Source: a virus
UHGV virus genome: UHGV-2195224
Length of the DNA stretch: 57,074 bases
Strand: one strand, 5' to 3'
Shown: piece after piece, positions 20,096-29,574 of the stretch
Position numbering within the stretch: position 1 is the first letter of the stretch
Layout: every line of letters begins with the position of its first letter
Translations under genes and position numbers: made by a program
Notes under the pieces: model-generated
Seen by the model: the letters and a program-made list of their open reading frames with translations, nothing else
What the model was told of the DNA's origin: nothing
Databases searched by the model: none

Positions 20096-20219
20096 GCTAT
20101 GGGGTGTCGGGGGCGGAGGTTCAAATCCTCTCGTGCTGACCAAAAATCCTCGAAGAACCAGCCTGTTACGGCTGGTTTTTTTTGCCTGTTTTCTGAACGG
20201 GGAAGCAATGGGGAAATTA
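20096..20219 (+). repeat. direct repeat copy 1: 3-prime 45 nt of a tRNA-Pro gene (to ACCA at about 20142) plus its terminator and flank
   Basis: ctatggggtgtcgggggcggaGGTTCAAATCCtctcgtgctgACCA then aaccagcctgttacggctggttttttt; no 5-prime tRNA half upstream. Confidence 0.7.
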
Positions 20220-20405
20220 GCTTACGATTGACCCCACTGCGAAAAGCGCAGATTTTTATCAATGGACGTACATAGGGTAGATAAGGCACAATACTGCTTC
20301 AATGTCGTCTGATGGTATTGTAATACTAATTACATCAGATGATTTAACTAGATTAGTTCTTTATAGAAATCATTCTTGAATATTAATTGGCTGACTGAGG
20401 TTTTT

Positions 20406-21191
20406 ATGGATGAAAAATACAGAAGATTTGTTGATGAGGTTGACTTTTCAAGACAATTATTAGGCATAGGGCTCACTTCCCTAAGGAAAGCAAATTTTGC
20501 AAGTAGAGGATTGTATTTTCAAGCATTATCCGGCATCAGTTTAGGATTAGAAAGGCTTATGAAACTTTGCCTTATGCTTGATGATTATAATAAAAATGGA
20601 AAATATACATCACGCAAAAAATTAAGAGATTACGGTCATAACTTAAGCAAGTTATTCAACCTAGTCATTGAGAGAGTTGATTCTCCCTCTGGCTTAAATG
20701 AAATTCACTACAGAGTGATGGAGTTGTTAACTAATTTTGCAAATTCATCAAGATATAGTAATATTGATTTCATTACTAATGACAACGACAATGATCCCAT
20801 GAAGCAATGGTATAATGAAATCGATAAGAGCATTTACGATAAAATATTAACAAAAAGACAAAAAAATATAATTGATAAAAAATGCGAGCAATACCGAAGC
20901 TATGGTGAAACACTGCCATGCTATGTGCTTGGATATTATGATGAAGACAGAAACCATATAAACTCTGCAGGGGATTTAAATTATTTACTTAAAAGAAGTG
21001 AAATGCTTGCTGGTTATCGCACTTTATTAGTTATTCATATCATAGAATGCATCTATAACATATTAGACTCAATGACAGTTCAAGCAAAAGATAATCACTT
21101 CCACCATCTTGAATTAGGTCGTTTTTTTGCAACCATCATTTATGGCTCTGATAGAGACAAAATCAATAGAAAAAATTTTATCCGTATGTGA
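20406..21191 (+). CDS. uncharacterized AT-rich protein (about 261 aa from ATG at 20406) bracketed by tRNA-Pro-fragment repeats
   Basis: SD gagg 6 nt upstream; MDEKYRRFVDEVDFSRQLLGIGLTSLRKANFASRGLYFQALSGISLGLERLMKL...; no recognised catalytic motif. Confidence 0.55.
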   Translation: MDEKYRRFVDEVDFSRQLLGIGLTSLRKANFASRGLYFQALSGISLGLERLMKLCLMLDDYNKNGKYTSRKKLRDYGHNLSKLFNLVIERVDSPSGLNEIHYRVMELLTNFANSSRYSNIDFITNDNDNDPMKQWYNEIDKSIYDKILTKRQKNIIDKKCEQYRSYGETLPCYVLGYYDEDRNHINSAGDLNYLLKRSEMLAGYRTLLVIHIIECIYNILDSMTVQAKDNHFHHLELGRFFATIIYGSDRDKINRKNFIRM

Positions 21192-21267
21192 GACTACGAA
21201 GCGACCGACGAATGATGCTATCAACTTACTGTAGACGCATATAGGCCATCAGAATATTAGCACGACA

Positions 21268-21389
21268 CTATGGGGTGTCGGGGGGCGGAGGTTCAAATCC
21301 TCTCGTGCCGACCAAAAATCCTCGAAGAACCAGCCTGTTACGGCTGGTTTTTTTGCCTGTTTTCTGAACGGGGAAGCAATGGGGAATTA
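21268..21389 (+). repeat. direct repeat copy 2: tRNA-Pro 3-prime fragment (to ACCA at about 21314) plus terminator and flank
   Basis: Near-identical to 20096-20219 with a few substitutions/indels (e.g. ctgacca vs ccgacca). Confidence 0.7.
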
Positions 21390-21588
21390 CAGGGGAAAAA
21401 CCCCGTCAAATGTTGCCCCCGTATCGCTAGCACACAATGATTAAGTATCTTTTTCACTTTCGGAATTCATCAATTCACAAAACCATCATTCCGATTTACC
21501 TTACATGCTCCTTTTAAATCTTTAACGGTGTGCACCACTTTTTCTAACTGCCCTATACTTTCAGTCTGACATACGGCTGGAGGTTTCT

Positions 21589-22257
21589 ATGTGTGGACGC
21601 TTTTCACAGTCAATGACCCGTGAAGATTATCTTGCCCTTCTCGCTGATGAATCAGAACGCGATATTCCATACGATCCAGAACCCATCGGAAGATTCAACG
21701 TAGCGCCAGGAACAAAAGTTCTGCTTCTGAGCGAACGTGATGAGCAGTTGCATCTTGATCCAGTTATCTGGGGATACGCCCCCGGTTGGTGGGATAAACC
21801 GCCGCTCATTAATGCACGGTCTGAAACTGCTGCCACCAGCAGAATGTTTAAACCACTCTGGCAGCATGGCCGCGCAATTTGCTTTGCTGATGGATGGTAT
21901 GAGTGGAAAAAGGAAGGCGACCAAAAACAACCCTACTTTATTCACCGGGCAGACGGTCAGCCGATTTTTATGGCGGCGATCGGCAGCACACCATTCGAAC
22001 GTGGAGATGAAGCAGAAGGTTTCCTGATAGTTACAGCTGCAGCTGACAAAGGACTGGTTGATATTCACGACAGACGACCACTGGTACTGCTACCGGAAGC
22101 CGCGCGTGAATGGATGAGGCAGGATGTTGGAGGGAAAGAAGCAGCGGAAATTGCAGCCGACGGTGTTGTACCGGCTGATAAATTTATATGGCACGCCGTA
22201 ACGCGTGCCGTCGGGAATGTGAAAAATCAGGGCGCCGAACTAATAACGCCAATATGA
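21589..22257 (+). CDS. SOS-response-associated peptidase (SRAP / YedK-like abasic-site processing protein)
   Basis: 222-aa ORF starting MCGRFSQS (catalytic Cys2) with SD ggagg; occupies the slot where a Pin/Gin invertase gene would be expected. Confidence 0.7.
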   Translation: MCGRFSQSMTREDYLALLADESERDIPYDPEPIGRFNVAPGTKVLLLSERDEQLHLDPVIWGYAPGWWDKPPLINARSETAATSRMFKPLWQHGRAICFADGWYEWKKEGDQKQPYFIHRADGQPIFMAAIGSTPFERGDEAEGFLIVTAAADKGLVDIHDRRPLVLLPEAAREWMRQDVGGKEAAEIAADGVVPADKFIWHAVTRAVGNVKNQGAELITPI

Positions 22258-22451
22258 TTACATCACCGGACAATCATCAAACTCCGCGTTCCTCGCATCA
22301 TTAATGATGTAAGTAATCACCCCGAATATCGCGGGAGCAGAACCGTAACCGTCATCATCTACTGGTAGCATCTCCCTTCTCCCGCTCTCCAAATTAATCA
22401 GGTGGTGTTGAGGATGAGTCCGATATCGCTTGATCCTGAACTCCCCGTCGA

Positions 22452-22934
22452 TTGCACATATCAGCAGTGAGCCATCGCAGTTTGGGAGAAGGTGCTCCAG
22501 CTATTGGCGTTCCGTTCTTCTGGGCGTCCGCTGCAATGCCAAATACTGTAATCGACAGCTGGTCCAGTATGGTGTTTTTGAAGTTCAACGGGGCGAAATT
22601 TTCTGCCACTGATTACCCTGTGCTGGCGAAAGTGTTTCCGGCGTTGGCATTACCTGACGCACGCGGTGATTTCATTCGTGTCTGGGATGACGGGCGAGGT
22701 GCAGATGGTGGTCGCGAATTATTAAGCTGGCAGGCAGCTACAAACTTTTCTCAGTTTGCCGGGAATATAGGCGAAGGTGCGGGACACGCAATTAACTTTC
22801 ATGATGGCATCGCCGGAAATCAGCCAGGATTTTCACGATTTAATTTCACCAGTAACTCTGTGGGTGATGGTGTGAATTTTGTTGCTGTCAGACCGCGAAA
22901 TATTGCATTTAACTTTCTGGTGAGGGCTAAATAA
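22452..22934 (+). CDS. tail-fibre alternative C-terminal segment (silent inverted cassette)
   Basis: ...GEGAPAIGVPFFWASAAMPNTVIDSWSSMVFLKFNGAKFSATDYPVLAKVFPALALPDARGDFIRVWDDGRG...; begins at the inverted-repeat crossover half-site, no constant N-terminal part. Confidence 0.7.
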   Translation: MHISAVSHRSLGEGAPAIGVPFFWASAAMPNTVIDSWSSMVFLKFNGAKFSATDYPVLAKVFPALALPDARGDFIRVWDDGRGADGGRELLSWQAATNFSQFAGNIGEGAGHAINFHDGIAGNQPGFSRFNFTSNSVGDGVNFVAVRPRNIAFNFLVRAK

Positions 22935-23527
22935 TGAAACCTGTTTTTGATGAAAATGGGCTGGCTACAGTGCCGGGCGATATGCGTTGTTTTTATTATG
23001 ATGCTGAAACATCTGAGTATACGGGCTGGTCTGATGAATATATTAATACTGGCGTAAGTATGCCCGCCTGTTCAACTGGTATTGACCCGGGCGAAAACAT
23101 TCTGGGAAGAGTGACGGTATTTACAGGTAAGGGATGGAGCCATGAGGAAGACCATCGCAATGAGACTGTTTACTCAATCGAAAATGGTGCAGCTGTTACA
23201 GTGGATTATATCGGTGCCATCAAAGACGGTTATGTCACGCTTTCACCGTTAACGCCATACGATAAATGGGATGGTGAGAAATGGGTGACAGACACTGAGG
23301 CACAACACAGTGCCGCAGTAGACGCGGCAGAAGCACAGCGCCAGTCACTGATTGATGCAGCAATGGCTTCCATTAGTCTGATTCAGCTGAAATTACAGGC
23401 CGGACGGAAACTGACTCAGGCAGAAACAACCCGACTTAACGCCGTGCTGGATTACATTGACGCGGTGACGGCAACAGATACCAGCACCGCGCCGGATGTC
23501 ATCTGGCCTGAACTGCCGGAGGCGTAG
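22934..23527 (+). CDS. tail fibre assembly protein (Tfa; partner of the silent fibre cassette)
   Basis: 197-aa ORF MKPVFDENGLATVPGDMRCFYYDAETSEYTGWSDEYINTG... Confidence 0.8.
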   Translation: MKPVFDENGLATVPGDMRCFYYDAETSEYTGWSDEYINTGVSMPACSTGIDPGENILGRVTVFTGKGWSHEEDHRNETVYSIENGAAVTVDYIGAIKDGYVTLSPLTPYDKWDGEKWVTDTEAQHSAAVDAAEAQRQSLIDAAMASISLIQLKLQAGRKLTQAETTRLNAVLDYIDAVTATDTSTAPDVIWPELPEA

Positions 23528-23927
23528 GCCATTCAATATCGGGTGCTGTTGACGTATCAACACGCATCAGCAGCACACGGTATTTCTTCCATTGGGTGAG
23601 AGTTGTAGCTTCTTCATCAGTTGCGATATCAGCATCAACAGCATCCTGACGCCAGGATATTTCACTGTCAGCCTTTTCCCGTAATTGGGATTTTTTAACT
23701 TCAGCAATAGCTATTAATTCCTTTTTGGTCGGCTGAGGAATATCTATCAGTGCTGGTTTTCCATTCAGTGTTCCAATCTGTTTTCCTGGTGGAATATCCA
23801 TAAATAACTTTTTATGTTCTTCCTCACTGACTATTACACCATCATCAGGCCACAGACCTGATGCCTCAAATTTTTCTTTCTCCGATATGGGGAAAAAGCC
23901 ATTTGCTTTAGCGCTCCATACGTACAT
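23499..23927 (-). CDS. tail fibre assembly protein (Tfa; partner of the expressed fibre)
   Basis: 142-aa ORF MYVWSAKANGFFPISEKEKFEASGLWPDDGVIVSEEEHKKLF...; C-termini of the two convergent Tfa genes share ...RVDTSTAPDIEWP... Confidence 0.8.
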   Translation of the reverse strand: MYVWSAKANGFFPISEKEKFEASGLWPDDGVIVSEEEHKKLFMDIPPGKQIGTLNGKPALIDIPQPTKKELIAIAEVKKSQLREKADSEISWRQDAVDADIATDEEATTLTQWKKYRVLLMRVDTSTAPDIEWPTPPAVQAR

Positions 23928-23928
23928 A

Positions 23929-24513
23929 TCAATACCCCACCGCTATAATGTCCACATTAAATCCCCCGGGACCTGCCTGCCAGATGCTGGCCCCTGTTAA
24001 TGATTTTGTTTGATGAACAACCGCCACATTTGCTGGTGATTGTGTTTCAGTTGTTACAGTACCGATATCATTCCAGTTAATTGAGATGGAATAGTTCGTT
24101 GTTGTAAACGACCGGGGGAAAGTTATATGTCTTACATTAGTGCCAATAGGAAATCCAAGATAAACACGCTGAATTATCATTCCTCCAGGTAACATAACCC
24201 AGTTAGCACCTTCTCCCAAACCAAGGTTTTCGAGAGCCGTTTTCACCGTGCCATCCGATTTGATATCGCCAAACGGATTCTTGCGGCTTAACAGCAGCGC
24301 ACGAAGCGCTGTAAGCAGCTGGTCATGCCGCCCCTTCTCCAGGCTGGCACCGGATGCCTCCACAACACTGCAAAGTTCCTCCTGCAACATGTCAAAGTAG
24401 TCATCATCCAGATCGGTGGCAGGTGTGCCGGTCTGGGGGTTACCACGGGTAAAACCGTTCTTACCCGCGCCGAACTTATCCTTCTGCGCGGTTTTCGTGT
24501 CTATACGATGCAT
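23929..24513 (-). CDS. tail fibre protein (Mu S / e14 StfP-like), expressed orientation
   Basis: 194-aa [50 protein letters not shown]...; contains the 26-bp crossover site at the constant/variable junction. Confidence 0.8.
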   Translation of the reverse strand: MHRIDTKTAQKDKFGAGKNGFTRGNPQTGTPATDLDDDYFDMLQEELCSVVEASGASLEKGRHDQLLTALRALLLSRKNPFGDIKSDGTVKTALENLGLGEGANWVMLPGGMIIQRVYLGFPIGTNVRHITFPRSFTTTNYSISINWNDIGTVTTETQSPANVAVVHQTKSLTGASIWQAGPGGFNVDIIAVGY

Positions 24514-24516
24514 GGA

Positions 24517-25101
24517 TTACTCCGGATATTTAAAAATTACGTAGGTATGCGACGGGCAGAGTTTGTTAAGCACACACTCGACAACGGTGTCGCCCCAGAT
24601 ACGCAGTGCGGAATCACAGGGATCGCCACATGTCATCCAGGTGGTGTTGGTGGCGGCTGGCATGTTGACCTGCCAGTAATACCGCCATTCCGGCGCATTC
24701 ACCGCGTCAGTACAGGCCGATGAGCAGGTGAACGTGCTTTTGTCGTATCGCGTGATGGTGGCGTCTGGTCTGCCCAGGGCAGCAAGCTGTGCAAGGTAAA
24801 AATCCTCATTGATGCCGCCCGCCAGGTTAACCTTCGCATCCAGTCGTTGCTGACGCTGGCGAAGGGTCTGTGTCCCTGCGGGAATACATTCATCCGGCAG
24901 GCCGCACAGACGCTCCCAGCGATTTATCAGTTCGGTGGTGGTGCGCGGATCCAGCTCCCGCATCAGGGCATCCGCACGCTGATGAACGCGGGTTAATGAC
25001 GGTGCCGCACCGGCAATCGCCGGATCGCTGGCTGACCACGCCGGACCGGGGGGCAACAGTGCCGACAACAGATGGATGTAATCATCGTTTGTCACGTCCA
25101 T
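24517..25101 (-). CDS. baseplate/tail protein (Mu gp48 / e14 YmfQ-like, DUF2313)
   Basis: 194-aa ORF directly upstream of the fibre gene; [31 protein letters not shown]... Confidence 0.65.
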   Translation of the reverse strand: MDVTNDDYIHLLSALLPPGPAWSASDPAIAGAAPSLTRVHQRADALMRELDPRTTTELINRWERLCGLPDECIPAGTQTLRQRQQRLDAKVNLAGGINEDFYLAQLAALGRPDATITRYDKSTFTCSSACTDAVNAPEWRYYWQVNMPAATNTTWMTCGDPCDSALRIWGDTVVECVLNKLCPSHTYVIFKYPE

Positions 25102-26150
25102 GAAATCGTCCCCAGTACCGCCAGTTCATTTTTTGCAATGGAGATATTGTCCGCCGGTGCAAGCAACTGATGGCTGTATTCCCCGTTCGCACCGGAAATC
25201 GCCTCACTGATACGCGACACCTTCAGTTCTCCCTGCGGATAACCATCACGCAGCAGGAACGAACGCAACTCGGCGGTGATGGCAGCCCGTATTTCCGGTG
25301 TGTCCGGCGTCACGCGGATATGAAAATCCACTTTATGCGCCACCGGCCTGAATACATACAAATCAGAGCCTGCCACCGGGGCCAGTGGCTCAATGTGTTG
25401 TCTTGCCGCCGTTTCCGTTGATTCTTCCGGAATGGGATTAATCAGGTCACTGCTGGCAATCATCACACCGACAGTCCCCGTTCCCATCCAGTGGCGGTAT
25501 GTCCATGCACGGGTAATGCCGGGCACTTCTTTAGCCCAGACTACATAGTCCCCGTCAGCCCCGCCCTGAGGCGTCCCGTAATACCGCTCAATGACGCGGG
25601 CGCGCCACGTTTCCAGCTCTTCAGTATCAAATCCACCTGTCAGAGTGTCTGCCACGCCGGAAGACGGCAGACCATTCACCGGCGTGACCAGGATTAATGA
25701 CGTACCGTCGTCAGCGTTACCGACCGCTCCTGCACTTGAGCAGGCGATCGGCACGCGCAGGACACCACCGGCGCTGGTTGCATCGGCAGTTGCCGTGTAC
25801 TGAACCAGGTCATCGCGCTGAATAACACTCCCGGCGGTCACCTTCAGGCCATCGCTGACACCTTCCCAGCGCATATACCCGCTGGCAGCCGTGGCCCCCT
25901 TGCGCGGACACCGTTTCATCGCAGCATGTCGCGCCAGCCAGGACTCATCGCACAGGTCAGGCAGCATGTTCATTGCCAGATAATCGATGTAACCGTAAAC
26001 CGTATGCAGCGCCGCCGCATACACCTTTGCCCGCACGTCTTCATCCATGCGCCGGAGCGTGTCGCTGACGTCCAGCCTGGCGAATAAATCGTTACGGAGC
26101 ATACTGATATTTTCTGCCAGCGTCGGGCGCTGAAATTCACTGTCCGCCAT
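25092..26150 (-). CDS. baseplate J-like protein (Mu gp47 / P2 gpJ family)
   Basis: 352-aa ORF; synteny within Mu-type baseplate module. Confidence 0.75.
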   Translation of the reverse strand: MADSEFQRPTLAENISMLRNDLFARLDVSDTLRRMDEDVRAKVYAAALHTVYGYIDYLAMNMLPDLCDESWLARHAAMKRCPRKGATAASGYMRWEGVSDGLKVTAGSVIQRDDLVQYTATADATSAGGVLRVPIACSSAGAVGNADDGTSLILVTPVNGLPSSGVADTLTGGFDTEELETWRARVIERYYGTPQGGADGDYVVWAKEVPGITRAWTYRHWMGTGTVGVMIASSDLINPIPEESTETAARQHIEPLAPVAGSDLYVFRPVAHKVDFHIRVTPDTPEIRAAITAELRSFLLRDGYPQGELKVSRISEAISGANGEYSHQLLAPADNISIAKNELAVLGTISWT

Positions 26151-26565
26151 GCGTTATCGCACTCCACAGATCATCAAAAGAAATCATTACCGGTCCGTCA
26201 CGACGCCAGAGAGTGATACTGTTACCCAGTTCATTAATCCCGGTGCGGCGGATATCCAGATCAATACGGGACACCACACCGTCATCAATCATCCATTGCA
26301 GGCATTCGCGGATATACCCCCTTACCGTCTGCACCAGCTGATTGGTCAGTTTGCCGCGCTGAAGCAGCCACAGCCGGGAGCCGTAACGGTCATTCTGTAC
26401 CGCAGGCCAGGTATCCCCCCACCATCCCATCGGGACGTCGGCATTGTCATCAGGCTCCGCCCGCCGCCAGGTGAACAGGGAAATCACCACGGCGCGGGTC
26501 AGCGGATCCAGCGGTGCGCTGGCGCAGGTGCGTTTACCGTTCACCGTCAGCCACAGTTCCATCAT
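26137..26565 (-). CDS. baseplate protein (Mu gp46 / gpW-like)
   Basis: 142-aa ORF between spike and J-like genes. Confidence 0.6.
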   Translation of the reverse strand: MMELWLTVNGKRTCASAPLDPLTRAVVISLFTWRRAEPDDNADVPMGWWGDTWPAVQNDRYGSRLWLLQRGKLTNQLVQTVRGYIRECLQWMIDDGVVSRIDLDIRRTGINELGNSITLWRRDGPVMISFDDLWSAITHGGQ

Positions 26566-27110
26566 GCCTCCATCGCTTTATCCGGTTTGTCGGTGTTACT
26601 GCCCTGACCGTTCTCTCTGTGACGATGGCCGTTATAGGCAAGCCGCATCGCTGACATGGTGGTGCCGCCGGAGTCGCACAGGTCTTTCACCTGTCCGGTC
26701 ACTTCCAGGTCCATTTCAAAACGTGCTCTGGGCGCATTGCGAAACGTGATCGTTTTACCTGCACCGTCCACCACGATCCCCTCCCGGGTCAGCGTCACAG
26801 ACTGCCCCTGATCGTCATAGACAGCCACCTCACCCGTCTGCAGCCCTTTCAGGCGGTAGCGCCGGTCCGACACCGTAACAACCACCGCATGAGAACGGTC
26901 GCCATCCGGAAACAACACCACCGCTTCCGCACCGCTGTTTGCCCTTGCGGTAAAACCGTAGGGTTCAAGATGTTCAACCCCGGCTTTGGGTTCACCGGCA
27001 ATCAGGGACACATCCACGGTCTGACATTTCGTGGCGGCACTGATGCTTTTCACCACTGCCCGCCCAATCAGGCCGAGAAGTTGTCGCTGCATGGCTTCAA
27101 TCGTCCTCAT
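26562..27110 (-). CDS. baseplate assembly protein V / spike (Mu gp45-like)
   Basis: 182-aa ORF; synteny. Confidence 0.65.
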   Translation of the reverse strand: MRTIEAMQRQLLGLIGRAVVKSISAATKCQTVDVSLIAGEPKAGVEHLEPYGFTARANSGAEAVVLFPDGDRSHAVVVTVSDRRYRLKGLQTGEVAVYDDQGQSVTLTREGIVVDGAGKTITFRNAPRARFEMDLEVTGQVKDLCDSGGTTMSAMRLAYNGHRHRENGQGSNTDKPDKAMEA

Positions 27111-28189
27111 CAGAACGGGTCCTCCTGTACTCTGGCTTTTTTCTTTTTCCGCGCGCCGGGGTCTTCAGGTTCAGGCAGATAAGCATCAGGCGGGCCGACA
27201 CGGATTTCCGTCAGGGTGCCGTTCTGGTCCTGAGTAAACGTGACTTCCGAAACAAGCAGTTCGGTATTGTCAAAACCACAGACCGGATCAAAGACAATCA
27301 CCCGCTGGTTGGGTTGCCACAGCGTACCGTTACCCTGTCGCCAGCCCTGCACCACATAGGTGGTTTCATCCGTCCGCGCCGCCCGTTGCCGGGCTTCAAA
27401 GTCCGCACGGGCAATACAGCCTGCCCCCGTAGCCTGCCCTGTCTGCCTGATATACATCGGACGGTAACGGGCAATAAATGCGTCCTCTGTGCGGGCCCGC
27501 AGCGCGGTGGTGGTGGCCTCACCGAAATCATCGTCGTTTCCGGCACGCTGCCCCGCCACCTGGTAAACTGAAAACCGATCCCGGATACTCTTCTCCGTAT
27601 CACAGGAAAGGATGTTTTCCCCAAGTACCAGCGCGGTATGTGCCCGCGTTGAGCCAATACCACCAATCACCAGCCTGCCGTGCGGGTCGTCATAAGCCAG
27701 CGCCTGCTGCTGACCGAGTATTTTGTTGATCACCTCAATCACCGTTTCACCGTGATCAGGCTGGACATCCGGAATAACACCCGACGGCGCATCGCTGTTC
27801 ACCACCTCAATGCCGAAAGGCGCAGCAAGCGCCTGCGCAATCTGTACCAGCGATCGTCCGTTAAACTGTGTCGGTTCGGCTGCACAGTCAATCAGGTCAG
27901 CAGTCAGACTACGTCCGGCAATACCGGTGCTGACCGAACGGGCATCGTAACGAACGGGGGTCGCCTCCACCCAGCCGGTGATCACCAGCTCATAACCAAT
28001 CAGCACTTCCACTTTTGAACCATTTTTAATGCGCGGCTGAAGCGTGGTGATACCCTCATCTCCCGGCCACTGGCGGGTGATCTCCACGCTGAAATCCCGC
28101 GCCAGCCGTTCAATACCGGCACCGATGCGCACCGATGTCCAGCCATTCCACTCCCGGCCATTTACCCGTAGCGTGACGTTATCGTTCAT
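27110..28189 (-). CDS. baseplate hub / tail protein (Mu gp44 P-like, P2 gpD family)
   Basis: 359-aa ORF MNDNVTLRVNGREWNGWTSVRIGAGIERLARDF... Confidence 0.7.
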   Translation of the reverse strand: MNDNVTLRVNGREWNGWTSVRIGAGIERLARDFSVEITRQWPGDEGITTLQPRIKNGSKVEVLIGYELVITGWVEATPVRYDARSVSTGIAGRSLTADLIDCAAEPTQFNGRSLVQIAQALAAPFGIEVVNSDAPSGVIPDVQPDHGETVIEVINKILGQQQALAYDDPHGRLVIGGIGSTRAHTALVLGENILSCDTEKSIRDRFSVYQVAGQRAGNDDDFGEATTTALRARTEDAFIARYRPMYIRQTGQATGAGCIARADFEARQRAARTDETTYVVQGWRQGNGTLWQPNQRVIVFDPVCGFDNTELLVSEVTFTQDQNGTLTEIRVGPPDAYLPEPEDPGARKKKKARVQEDPF

Positions 28190-29514
28190 TGCACTGGCAC
28201 CTTCAGAGGGATCACCGGCACAAAGCCGGGATGCGTAATGGCATTACGCCGGATAATGTCCGCGTCACGCGCCGCGTTATCAAACCAGGTCGCCGCCAGC
28301 ACCAGCGCGGGTAAAACCTCATCCGGTGTGCGCTGAATGATCCGTGCAGACTGTTCAAGGCGCGTGTTGATATCCGCATTCAGATCTGCTTTCACCCGGC
28401 GCAGCGCCAGAAACAGCGCATCGCTGGTTGTACGGGACAACTCCTTATCAATTGCCGTATTCAGTGTGTCGCGAATGTCAGTCAGTTCTTCCCACGTCGG
28501 CAGGTCAACCGTGTTTTTCACCGCCGGTGCATTGTTCAGTGCCGGATGCGTGACGGAAGGCCAGCCAGTGCTCTGCGCGGGTGTTGTTGCCTGCCCCACT
28601 GCGGAATTCTGCATCACCGCGGAAGTTGTTGGCGCAGGCAATCGGGTGACGGCATACGCCGCTTCGCTGATTGCGGTCGTACGAAGGGTGCTGGCAACCA
28701 CGTTACGCTGCTGCGTCGCCGTGGCGGTGGTTTTACTGTCCGTTTTCCAGACGCCGCGCGGTTGCAGATCGCTGCCGAGGCTGACACCGGAAAGCGTTTT
28801 GATCATGGTGACCAGGTCGCTGGCGTTACCATAAAGGCGTTTCCCGGTACGCCACATTTTTTGCACCTGCTCAACGAAGTTTTTGCCTGACGATGGCGGA
28901 GGCAGAAGTACCGAGATATCCCCCTGCAACAGTCTGGCGGCATCCGATACGGCAGAATCCACCACTTTCATCGCATCAGAAACATACCCAAGCATTGTGC
29001 TGGCATTACCGACGACGTCGTTCTGCACAAAATCCGCCACGCCATCGATACTGAAACCACTGAAACTGTCACTGATGCAGTCATCCAGTGCAGAACAGGA
29101 TGACATCAGCGTCTGCGCCGTCGCCGCACCTGAAGTGGGGTAAGAGAGTTCTCCCGCTTCGACAAACTTCAGGTCAAAGCGGACAATACGCCCTTCACTC
29201 TTCGATGTGCTGACCCGAACTTCTCCGTCAACACAGACTTTCAGCTCACCGTAAGTCGGATGGACAAGCGTGCCGGGACCGGGTTTATTCAGCGCGTCAA
29301 TCAGGCGATCGCGCTGGTCAAAGCAGTCATCTCCCACCACATAAGCTGTGATGGACGGGCGGAAAGTGATTTTCCCCAGGTCTTCGGTATAGGGTTTGTC
29401 GCAGTTCGGGTATTCGTGCGTTTCCACACGACGACCGGTTCCCGCACTTTCTTCTTCAACCTTAAACGGCACACCGCGAAATGACGCGTCCTGAAGTCTG
29501 TCTTTCCACGTCAT
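28186..29514 (-). CDS. DNA circularisation protein (Mu gp43 N-like)
   Basis: From internal ATG: MTWKDRLQDASFRGVPFKVEEESAGTGRRVETHEYPNCDKPYTEDLGK... Confidence 0.7.
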   Translation of the reverse strand: MTWKDRLQDASFRGVPFKVEEESAGTGRRVETHEYPNCDKPYTEDLGKITFRPSITAYVVGDDCFDQRDRLIDALNKPGPGTLVHPTYGELKVCVDGEVRVSTSKSEGRIVRFDLKFVEAGELSYPTSGAATAQTLMSSCSALDDCISDSFSGFSIDGVADFVQNDVVGNASTMLGYVSDAMKVVDSAVSDAARLLQGDISVLLPPPSSGKNFVEQVQKMWRTGKRLYGNASDLVTMIKTLSGVSLGSDLQPRGVWKTDSKTTATATQQRNVVASTLRTTAISEAAYAVTRLPAPTTSAVMQNSAVGQATTPAQSTGWPSVTHPALNNAPAVKNTVDLPTWEELTDIRDTLNTAIDKELSRTTSDALFLALRRVKADLNADINTRLEQSARIIQRTPDEVLPALVLAATWFDNAARDADIIRRNAITHPGFVPVIPLKVPVQ

Positions 29515-29574
29515 ATAAACTCCGTACATAAAAAATCCCACCGGAGTGGGACTCATTAACAGATTAATTTTTCA

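Larger units (their letters stand above)
22465..24236. other. G-segment-like invertible tail-fibre region (fibre C-terminus plus Tfa in two orientations); no invertase gene present
   Basis: 26-bp dyad site TTCTCCCAAACCAAGGTTTTCGAGAG at 24211-24236; 17-bp inverted copy agcaccttctcccaaac at 22480-22496 carrying only one half-site. Confidence 0.5.

Noticed and set aside
20096-20142. Possible intact tRNA-Pro gene
   Set aside because: Only the anticodon-side and 3-prime half is present; upstream sequence cannot form the acceptor or D stems; same for copy 2 at 21268-21314
21589-22451. Searched for a Pin/Gin-type serine invertase next to the invertible fibre segment
   Set aside because: No ORF on either strand with the resolvase N-terminal motif; the only minus-strand ORF there (21652-22068) is antisense to the SRAP gene and has no recombinase features
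27298-28018. Multiple overlapping ORFs on both strands inside the baseplate hub gene (and similarly inside tape-measure, portal and terminase genes)
   Set aside because: High-GC shadow ORFs nested within long well-supported structural genes; no RBS or synteny support
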